From the NCBI RefSeq assembly GCF_036588685.1, contig NC_086383.1, positions 71,114,001 through 71,178,000 of the forward strand: DNA of 64,000 nt, given 5' to 3'. Positions 1 to 8,613 of this stretch are shown one piece after another. This DNA is from Mytilus trossulus. Lineage: Eukaryota. Each line of letters begins with the position of its first letter. The stretch's first letter is position 1. Under the pieces are notes generated by a model. That model was not told where the DNA came from, ran no database searches, and worked only from the letters and a program-made list of their open reading frames with translations. The position numbers were made by a program, and so were the translations under genes.

Positions 1-1043
1 CACACAAACATAGCCTACTAGTATATACGTACATGGGAGACTGAGAAAATCTGTGCTTATTGGAAAATGATAAAAAAAAAAAAAATCTTTAAGGTATGCT
101 ATGACTAAGCTTAAAATATAAGGTAGATAGGGAGTAGGAAGCACACATATTCTTTTTTTTATTTGGCCTTAATGAAGAAGAAAACCACACACACAGCATA
201 TTACATCTTGTACTAACATCCATTAAACGCTATGCTAATATGTCTTCAAAAGAGAACCCTATTATATATCCCCCCTTTTTTCTCCGGATTTTGTTTTTTT
301 GGAAAAAGGGGGAGGGGCTGGCGGTTTAGTTCAATACAGTGGGAAAATGTTTTGCCCAAAGTCCAATGGTTCACACTGATGTGTTTTTGTCCTTCCGTCT
401 CTTTTTAATCGTCCGTGTCACGGGATGCTGCTTCACCCGTTACCGGTTCTGGGTTCACTTGCATAGCTTATATAGGTATAATGCATATGTATAGCTAGAG
501 TCTTCACTGTGACACACATTCCCCTTTTTGAGGGGAAATAAATGAACTTTTGTAATTGTCCATTAAGATACAAATGATATGTACCACTTTCGAATTATAA
601 AACTACAAAAATCTTCGTGTTTTGTTTTTGTTTTTGTTTGTATCGAAACTTTCAGGCGGCCAGGCCACTTTGAGCTCTGATCATCGGTTATTGATAATAA
701 AATTAATTAAATATATTTTGTTGAAAAATATGGTATATTCTATAAGACATATTCGAGTTTTTGACTTGAAAGTGCGCAAATTGTACATGAAAATGGAAAT
801 AAAAGCGAATGTGCATCATACAGAACAGTTGTTCAGTGCCTGAGATCCACTGAAAACAAAGTCGCTCTCTGAAAAGTTCCCAACGCTAAATTAAATAAAA
901 AGATGTTTCAAATTCGTATTCTAGATATTGGGTTTGTTCATTCGAATCTTGAATGTTTGCGAAATTTCGCTCGGGTTGAATAAAAATGTTATTTGAAGTT
1001 TTAGTAAAAATCTGCAATTAAACAATGGCGCGTGAACTTTTTG

Positions 1044-1050
1044 TGTGTTT
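1044..1050 (+). promoter_or_regulatory. Candidate distal TG box / UCE-like element TGTGTTT (copy 1; present upstream of every H1 copy)
   Basis: Exact reverse complement of the H1 box AAACACA, 344 bp upstream of the proximal H1-box-like motif. Vertebrate H1 promoters have a TG box at a similar ~350-bp spacing. A 7-mer could also occur by chance. Confidence 0.4.
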
Positions 1051-1384
1051 CCCTCTAGCTGGAAACAAACTTATTACGAGGAGGAACATGCTTCCAGTGA
1101 ATAAAAACGGAAAGAAACCTAGAGAGAAATGATTTTTCTTCCGCTGTACAATTTTACGACGATAGAATATTTGTGTAATGAGAAAAACTCGTAAATTTTC
1201 TGTCAACATACCTGCGAAGACAATTCAGTCGGTTCTACTTTAACTATTAATATCTTTTTACTGTGTACATCGAAAAATACACAGTTTATCTAACATGCAA
1301 GATTAATGACTGTTGAGCAATTTGGTATGCTATATGTGAATGTTTTTGATAGAATTATACTATAAATTATCATAAAAGTCTTCG

Positions 1385-1394
1385 AAGAAGCACA
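1385..1394 (+). promoter_or_regulatory. H1 box (AC box)-like element AAGAAGCACA (copy 1; all copies)
   Basis: One mismatch to the H1 box AAGAAACACA. Lies 171-180 bp upstream of the ATG and upstream of the H4 box and TATA, in the expected order. Confidence 0.6.
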
Positions 1395-1450
1395 TAATCA
1401 TTTTACCGAGATCGCGTAATGGATTTTACAAGTTATTTTTAAGGGTGTCT

Positions 1451-1463
1451 TCGTCGAGGTCCG
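1451..1463 (+). promoter_or_regulatory. H4 box (H4 site II-like) TCGTCGAGGTCCG (copy 1; all copies)
   Basis: Near match to TCA-N4-GGTCC, ending 11 bp upstream of the TATA box. It occupies the position of the CCAAT box of replication-dependent H1 genes, as in H1.0/H5 promoters. Confidence 0.7.
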
Positions 1464-1474
1464 CGTTCGTCTGT

Positions 1475-1482
1475 TATAAATA
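1475..1482 (+). promoter_or_regulatory. TATA box TATAAATA (copy 1; all copies)
   Basis: Canonical TATA 90 bp upstream of the ATG. Confidence 0.85.
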
Positions 1483-1564
1483 AACGAGGCCTGGAATGGC
1501 GTTATTTTCAAATCGTTATTCGTAGTATAAACTTCGTAAAGGATAATATTTTGAATCATTCAAA

Positions 1565-2140
1565 ATGGCAGACGCAACAGCAGCACCAGCAGTAGCACCA
1601 GCTAAATCACCAAAGAAAAAGGCAGCAGCCAAGCCAAAGAAGCCTTCCGCACATCCTAAATACAGCGAGATGATTGGAAAAGCCATCGCCGCTTTGAAAG
1701 AACGTGGAGGTTCCTCAAGGCAAGCAATTCTGAAGTACATCATGGCCAACTTCAACGTCGGAAAAGATGCCAAGTCAGTAAATGCTCATTTAAAACTTGC
1801 ACTCAGAGCCGGAGTTAAGAACAACAGTTTGAAGCAGTCCAAGGGAACTGGAGCATCCGGCTCTTTCAGAATTGGAGAGGCTAAAGTGGTTAAAAAGAAG
1901 CCAGCAAAGGCAAAAAAAGCAGCCAAACCTAAGGCCGCCAAGCCTAAGAAGGCAAAGACCACACCCAAGAAAAAGAAGCCAGCAGCAAAGAAACCAGCTG
2001 GAGAGAAAAAGGCGGCCAAACCAAAAGCAAAAAAACCAGCAGCAAAGAAAGCAGCCAAGCCAAAGAAGCCAGCAGCCAAGTCACCAGCCAAAAAGAAGGC
2101 AGCCAAACCAAAAGCCAAGAAGACACCAAAGAAGAAGTAA
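1565..2140 (+). CDS. H1: Linker histone H1 (H1.0/H5-like, mussel 'orphon' type), copy 1, 191 aa
   Basis: Tripartite H1: short A/P/K N-terminal tail, winged-helix globular domain HPKYSEMI...GSSRQAILKYI...LKQSKGTGASGSFRI, and K/A/P-rich C-terminal tail with S/T-P-x-K motifs. Intronless, start context AAAATGG, TATA upstream, histone stem-loop downstream. Confidence 0.98.
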   Translation: MADATAAPAVAPAKSPKKKAAAKPKKPSAHPKYSEMIGKAIAALKERGGSSRQAILKYIMANFNVGKDAKSVNAHLKLALRAGVKNNSLKQSKGTGASGSFRIGEAKVVKKKPAKAKKAAKPKAAKPKKAKTTPKKKKPAAKKPAGEKKAAKPKAKKPAAKKAAKPKKPAAKSPAKKKAAKPKAKKTPKKK

Positions 2141-2183
2141 ACTGTTCCAGACTTCAGTCTGCAGAGGCTATTCAGCCACCAAA

Positions 2184-2199
2184 AGCCCTTTTAAGGGCT
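2184..2199 (+). terminator. Histone 3' stem-loop AGCCCT-TTTA-AGGGCT (copy 1)
   Basis: 6-bp stem and 4-nt loop, flanked by CCAAA and ACCCA, 44 nt after the stop. Other + copies: 5707-5722, 9233-9248, 12759-12774, 16285-16300, 44870-44885, 48396-48411, 51922-51937, 55448-55463, 58974-58989, 62500-62515. Minus copies: 19104-19119, 22630-22645, 26155-26170, 29681-29696, 33207-33222, 36733-36748, 40259-40274. Confidence 0.93.
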
Positions 2200-2211
2200 A
2201 CCCAATTTATT

Positions 2212-2220
2212 CAAAAAGAA
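2212..2220 (+). terminator. Purine-rich histone downstream element candidate CAAAAAGAA (U7 snRNA pairing site)
   Basis: Purine-rich run starting 13 nt after the stem-loop, at the expected HDE position. Confidence 0.65.
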
Positions 2221-2418
2221 TCTACAATTGTTGTACATTAGTTATCAAACTAAATCTAGCTGAGCCCTACTTTCTCTGAACTTTGCACTGGTCTCTGAAA
2301 TATTTTTTTGGTCAAATTATTTCCATTGTTTGTTTTATTTCACTCCTTATGACTATACTATTTCTAACACCTAAATATGCAGCTGTTGTTTTGGATATTT
2401 TTTGTGTAGTTAGGCACC

Positions 2419-2467
2419 ATTAAAGTTATATCAGTGTATTTTCACGCACTTGTTAGAACTGAATAAA
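2419..2467 (+). terminator. Candidate polyadenylation signals ATTAAA (2419-2424) and AATAAA (2462-2467)
   Basis: First poly(A) hexamers I see downstream of the stem-loop, followed by T/GT-rich sequence. The AT-rich context makes chance occurrence plausible. Confidence 0.45.
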
Positions 2468-3285
2468 ACTTTTTCTAATCAGTTTTCGTTAGAATGACAA
2501 TCTACGAAAATAGGAAGTCATGCTAGGGTTTTATTGTGCTCTTTTTTTAGGGGGAAGGGGGTCAAAATCACACAGCTAACCTTCAACCGAAAAATCATTT
2601 TTGTCATTATATGAGTTTTTCCATTTCTCTCTTCTTCTTCGTGTTCAACTTGACTGACATTTTTAGTTGGACTTTTTCTACACGTATGCAAAGTCAAAGG
2701 TTGGCTCACTATTTCATATCAACTAGTCAATGGGGAGGTAACTCTGAAATTAAACTCAGTACTTTTTTTCAGTACTATATAAATAAACTGTTAAAATGTA
2801 CACAATACAAAAGATGTATAACGTATCGTCAAAATCAGATTAGTAGCAAATGAATGCAGTGACGTTTGTCTGTTATATATTTATTTTTTTATTTATTATT
2901 TGTCAAAATTACTACAATAATATTGTGTATTAAAATTTAGAAGGAAACTCTAAAGTACGGAGGTTTTTGTTCAACATTTAACAGTTCTGCAATTATTTTG
3001 TCATTTTATTACCTGCGATTTATTATGCAAATTTCACTATTCTCTACCTTTCGAATTTCACCTTTGTTTTACTCGTGTATAAAATAAATGCACCTACTTG
3101 TTTCTATGTTTCTTTCAAATGGTTGTCCTGTGATTTTTCTCTTCTTTTTTCTCTCTGTTATTTAGTGTGTGACGACTTGACTGTATCTTTGCTATGTCTT
3201 TTTAATCTGTCGACAGCACGCGAGGTGAATCAACCCGAAACAATACAGTGACGTCACATGTGACTACTGTGATGAACAAAAACAA

Positions 3286-3303
3286 GGATGGATGGACGGA
3301 CAG
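3286..3303 (+). repeat. Short (GGAY)4 microsatellite GGATGGATGGACGGACAG
   Basis: Directly visible tetranucleotide repeat, once per unit. Confidence 0.6.
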
Positions 3304-3360
3304 TGGTACAAAAGTAAGAAAAAGTTATTTCTCTGATAACAGGTATCGCGTGAATTGTAG

Positions 3361-3502
3361 GTTCACGGTATAGGTTTTTTTCTCTCATTTTTGAAGATCA
3401 TCTATACAGTTGTCTATAATTGCTTACATCCACTTCATTTGAACTATGGTGGATAGTTGTCTCATTGGCAATCATACCACATCTCCTTCCTTATTTTCAT
3501 AT
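3361..3502 (+). mobile_element. Probable 3' fragment of an abundant mussel SINE-like interspersed repeat (once per unit)
   Basis: The tract ...cacttcatttgaactatggtggatagttgtctcattggcaatcataccacatctcctt... resembles, from memory, a very common Mytilus repeat tail. No database search was run, so family and boundaries are uncertain. Confidence 0.5.
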
Positions 3503-5090
3503 TGAAATGACAGCACCTTAACGACACACACAAACATAGCCTACTAGTATATACGTACATGGGAGACTGAGAAAATCTGTGCTTATTGGAAAATGATAAA
3601 AAAAAAAAAAATCTTTAAGGTATGCTATGACTAAGCTTAAAATATAAGGTAGATAGGGAGTAGGAAGCACACATATTCTTTTTTTTATTTGGCCTTAATG
3701 AAGAAGAAAACCACACACACAGCATATTACATCTTGTACTAACATCCATTAAACGCTATGCTAATATGTCTTCAAAAGAGAACCCTATTATATATCCCCC
3801 CTTTTTTCTCCGGATTTTGTTTTTTTGGAAAAAGGGGGAGGGGCTGGCGGTTTAGTTCAATACAGTGGGAAAATGTTTTGCCCAAAGTCCAATGGTTCAC
3901 ACTGATGTGTTTTTGTCCTTCCGTCTCTTTTTAATCGTCCGTGTCACGGGATGCTGCTTCACCCGTTACCGGTTCTGGGTTCACTTGCATAGCTTATATA
4001 GGTATAATGCATATGTATAGCTAGAGTCTTCACTGTGACACACATTCCCCTTTTTGAGGGGAAATAAATGAACTTTTGTAATTGTCCATTAAGATACAAA
4101 TGATATGTACCACTTTCGAATTATAAAACTACAAAAATCTTCGTGTTTTGTTTTTGTTTTTGTTTGTATCGAAACTTTCAGGCGGCCAGGCCACTTTGAG
4201 CTCTGATCATCGGTTATTGATAATAAAATTAATTAAATATATTTTGTTGAAAAATATGGTATATTCTATAAGACATATTCGAGTTTTTGACTTGAAAGTG
4301 CGCAAATTGTACATGAAAATGGAAATAAAAGCGAATGTGCATCATACAGAACAGTTGTTCAGTGCCTGAGATCCACTGAAAACAAAGTCGCTCTCTGAAA
4401 AGTTCCCAACGCTAAATTAAATAAAAAGATGTTTCAAATTCGTATTCTAGATATTGGGTTTGTTCATTCGAATCTTGAATGTTTGCGAAATTTCGCTCGG
4501 GTTGAATAAAAATGTTATTTGAAGTTTTAGTAAAAATCTGCAATTAAACAATGGCGCGTGAACTTTTTGTGTGTTTCCCTCTAGCTGGAAACAAACTTAT
4601 TACGAGGAGGAACATGCTTCCAGTGAATAAAAACGGAAAGAAACCTAGAGAGAAATGATTTTTCTTCCGCTGTACAATTTTACGACGATAGAATATTTGT
4701 GTAATGAGAAAAACTCGTAAATTTTCTGTCAACATACCTGCGAAGACAATTCAGTCGGTTCTACTTTAACTATTAATATCTTTTTACTGTGTACATCGAA
4801 AAATACACAGTTTATCTAACATGCAAGATTAATGACTGTTGAGCAATTTGGTATGCTATATGTGAATGTTTTTGATAGAATTATACTATAAATTATCATA
4901 AAAGTCTTCGAAGAAGCACATAATCATTTTACCGAGATCGCGTAATGGATTTTACAAGTTATTTTTAAGGGTGTCTTCGTCGAGGTCCGCGTTCGTCTGT
5001 TATAAATAAACGAGGCCTGGAATGGCGTTATTTTCAAATCGTTATTCGTAGTATAAACTTCGTAAAGGATAATATTTTGAATCATTCAAA

Positions 5091-5663
5091 ATGGCAGACG
5101 CAACAGCAGCACCAGCAGTAGCACCAGCTAAATCACCAAAGAAAAAGGCAGCAGCCAAGCCAAAGAAGCCTTCCGCACATCCTAAATACAGCGAGATTGG
5201 AAAAGCCATCGCCGCTTTGAAAGAACGTGGAGGTTCCTCAAGGCAAGCAATTCTGAAGTACATCATGGCCAACTTCAACGTCGGAAAAGATGCCAAGTCA
5301 GTAAATGCTCATTTAAAACTTGCACTCAGAGCCGGAGTTAAGAACAACAGTTTGAAGCAGTCCAAGGGAACTGGAGCATCCGGCTCTTTCAGAATTGGAG
5401 AGGCTAAAGTGGTTAAAAAGAAGCCAGCAAAGGCAAAAAAAGCAGCCAAACCTAAGGCCGCCAAGCCTAAGAAGGCAAAGACCACACCCAAGAAAAAGAA
5501 GCCAGCAGCAAAGAAACCAGCTGGAGAGAAAAAGGCGGCCAAACCAAAAGCAAAAAAACCAGCAGCAAAGAAAGCAGCCAAGCCAAAGAAGCCAGCAGCC
5601 AAGTCACCAGCCAAAAAGAAGGCAGCCAAACCAAAAGCCAAGAAGACACCAAAGAAGAAGTAA
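5091..5663 (+). CDS. H1: Linker histone H1, copy 2, 190 aa (in-frame deletion of M36)
   Basis: Identical to copy 1 except GAGATGATT to GAGATT at ~5193-5198. Confidence 0.96.
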   Translation: MADATAAPAVAPAKSPKKKAAAKPKKPSAHPKYSEIGKAIAALKERGGSSRQAILKYIMANFNVGKDAKSVNAHLKLALRAGVKNNSLKQSKGTGASGSFRIGEAKVVKKKPAKAKKAAKPKAAKPKKAKTTPKKKKPAAKKPAGEKKAAKPKAKKPAAKKAAKPKKPAAKSPAKKKAAKPKAKKTPKKK

Positions 5664-8613
5664 ACTGTTCCAGACTTCAGTCTGCAGAGGCTATTCAGCC
5701 ACCAAAAGCCCTTTTAAGGGCTACCCAATTTATTCAAAAAGAATCTACAATTGTTGTACATTAGTTATCAAACTAAATCTAGCTGAGCCCTACTTTCTCT
5801 GAACTTTGCACTGGTCTCTGAAATATTTTTTTGGTCAAATTATTTCCATTGTTTGTTTTATTTCACTCCTTATGACTATACTATTTCTAACACCTAAATA
5901 TGCAGCTGTTGTTTTGGATATTTTTTGTGTAGTTAGGCACCATTAAAGTTATATCAGTGTATTTTCACGCACTTGTTAGAACTGAATAAAACTTTTTCTA
6001 ATCAGTTTTCGTTAGAATGACAATCTACGAAAATAGGAAGTCATGCTAGGGTTTTATTGTGCTCTTTTTTTAGGGGGAAGGGGGTCAAAATCACACAGCT
6101 AACCTTCAACCGAAAAATCATTTTTGTCATTATATGAGTTTTTCCATTTCTCTCTTCTTCTTCGTGTTCAACTTGACTGACATTTTTAGTTGGACTTTTT
6201 CTACACGTATGCAAAGTCAAAGGTTGGCTCACTATTTCATATCAACTAGTCAATGGGGAGGTAACTCTGAAATTAAACTCAGTACTTTTTTTCAGTACTA
6301 TATAAATAAACTGTTAAAATGTACACAATACAAAAGATGTATAACGTATCGTCAAAATCAGATTAGTAGCAAATGAATGCAGTGACGTTTGTCTGTTATA
6401 TATTTATTTTTTTATTTATTATTTGTCAAAATTACTACAATAATATTGTGTATTAAAATTTAGAAGGAAACTCTAAAGTACGGAGGTTTTTGTTCAACAT
6501 TTAACAGTTCTGCAATTATTTTGTCATTTTATTACCTGCGATTTATTATGCAAATTTCACTATTCTCTACCTTTCGAATTTCACCTTTGTTTTACTCGTG
6601 TATAAAATAAATGCACCTACTTGTTTCTATGTTTCTTTCAAATGGTTGTCCTGTGATTTTTCTCTTCTTTTTTCTCTCTGTTATTTAGTGTGTGACGACT
6701 TGACTGTATCTTTGCTATGTCTTTTTAATCTGTCGACAGCACGCGAGGTGAATCAACCCGAAACAATACAGTGACGTCACATGTGACTACTGTGATGAAC
6801 AAAAACAAGGATGGATGGACGGACAGTGGTACAAAAGTAAGAAAAAGTTATTTCTCTGATAACAGGTATCGCGTGAATTGTAGGTTCACGGTATAGGTTT
6901 TTTTCTCTCATTTTTGAAGATCATCTATACAGTTGTCTATAATTGCTTACATCCACTTCATTTGAACTATGGTGGATAGTTGTCTCATTGGCAATCATAC
7001 CACATCTCCTTCCTTATTTTCATATTGAAATGACAGCACCTTAACGACACACACAAACATAGCCTACTAGTATATACGTACATGGGAGACTGAGAAAATC
7101 TGTGCTTATTGGAAAATGATAAAAAAAAAAAAAATCTTTAAGGTATGCTATGACTAAGCTTAAAATATAAGGTAGATAGGGAGTAGGAAGCACACATATT
7201 CTTTTTTTTATTTGGCCTTAATGAAGAAGAAAACCACACACACAGCATATTACATCTTGTACTAACATCCATTAAACGCTATGCTAATATGTCTTCAAAA
7301 GAGAACCCTATTATATATCCCCCCTTTTTTCTCCGGATTTTGTTTTTTTGGAAAAAGGGGGAGGGGCTGGCGGTTTAGTTCAATACAGTGGGAAAATGTT
7401 TTGCCCAAAGTCCAATGGTTCACACTGATGTGTTTTTGTCCTTCCGTCTCTTTTTAATCGTCCGTGTCACGGGATGCTGCTTCACCCGTTACCGGTTCTG
7501 GGTTCACTTGCATAGCTTATATAGGTATAATGCATATGTATAGCTAGAGTCTTCACTGTGACACACATTCCCCTTTTTGAGGGGAAATAAATGAACTTTT
7601 GTAATTGTCCATTAAGATACAAATGATATGTACCACTTTCGAATTATAAAACTACAAAAATCTTCGTGTTTTGTTTTTGTTTTTGTTTGTATCGAAACTT
7701 TCAGGCGGCCAGGCCACTTTGAGCTCTGATCATCGGTTATTGATAATAAAATTAATTAAATATATTTTGTTGAAAAATATGGTATATTCTATAAGACATA
7801 TTCGAGTTTTTGACTTGAAAGTGCGCAAATTGTACATGAAAATGGAAATAAAAGCGAATGTGCATCATACAGAACAGTTGTTCAGTGCCTGAGATCCACT
7901 GAAAACAAAGTCGCTCTCTGAAAAGTTCCCAACGCTAAATTAAATAAAAAGATGTTTCAAATTCGTATTCTAGATATTGGGTTTGTTCATTCGAATCTTG
8001 AATGTTTGCGAAATTTCGCTCGGGTTGAATAAAAATGTTATTTGAAGTTTTAGTAAAAATCTGCAATTAAACAATGGCGCGTGAACTTTTTGTGTGTTTC
8101 CCTCTAGCTGGAAACAAACTTATTACGAGGAGGAACATGCTTCCAGTGAATAAAAACGGAAAGAAACCTAGAGAGAAATGATTTTTCTTCCGCTGTACAA
8201 TTTTACGACGATAGAATATTTGTGTAATGAGAAAAACTCGTAAATTTTCTGTCAACATACCTGCGAAGACAATTCAGTCGGTTCTACTTTAACTATTAAT
8301 ATCTTTTTACTGTGTACATCGAAAAATACACAGTTTATCTAACATGCAAGATTAATGACTGTTGAGCAATTTGGTATGCTATATGTGAATGTTTTTGATA
8401 GAATTATACTATAAATTATCATAAAAGTCTTCGAAGAAGCACATAATCATTTTACCGAGATCGCGTAATGGATTTTACAAGTTATTTTTAAGGGTGTCTT
8501 CGTCGAGGTCCGCGTTCGTCTGTTATAAATAAACGAGGCCTGGAATGGCGTTATTTTCAAATCGTTATTCGTAGTATAAACTTCGTAAAGGATAATATTT
8601 TGAATCATTCAAA

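Noticed and set aside
301-324. G-rich tracts (also 2549-2562) as possible G-quadruplexes
   Set aside because: Only two runs of three or more G in each.
319-380. tRNA-like start GGCGGTTTAGTTCAA...GGTTCAC
   Set aside because: No complementary 3' acceptor arm, no proper T-arm or anticodon arm, and the B-box is degenerate.
442-450. ACCGGTTCT, similar to a 5S rRNA segment (5S is linked to histone repeats in mussels)
   Set aside because: Only ~9 nt match, and no other 5S-conserved blocks on either side.
622-1209. Spacer ORFs of 73 aa (+) and 63 aa (-)
   Set aside because: Short and AT-rich with no recognisable domain, and the 73-aa ORF starts at TTG. Their recurrence only reflects identity of the whole unit.
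1859-1870. GGCTCTTTCAGA resembling a histone stem-loop inside the CDS
   Set aside because: It encodes the conserved GSFR motif, and the 3' arm (GCC) is missing.
1516-2129. Antisense ORFs of 85, 110 and 61 aa over H1 (hydrophobic, membrane-like), repeated in every unit
   Set aside because: Shadows of the Lys/Ala/Pro codon bias (AAG/AAA/GCA/CCA read as Leu/Phe/Ala/Gly/Trp on the other strand). No independent gene signals.
1872-2279. 135-aa Arg/Gln/Ser-rich +1-frame ORF, superficially protamine-like
   Set aside because: Frameshifted reading of the H1 tail. It starts at TTG rather than ATG and runs through the stem-loop. No frameshift allele linking it to H1 is seen in any copy.
2518-2853. Spacer ORFs of 63 aa (-) and 80 aa (+)
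   Set aside because: No domain or coding-like composition. Expected by chance at this length.
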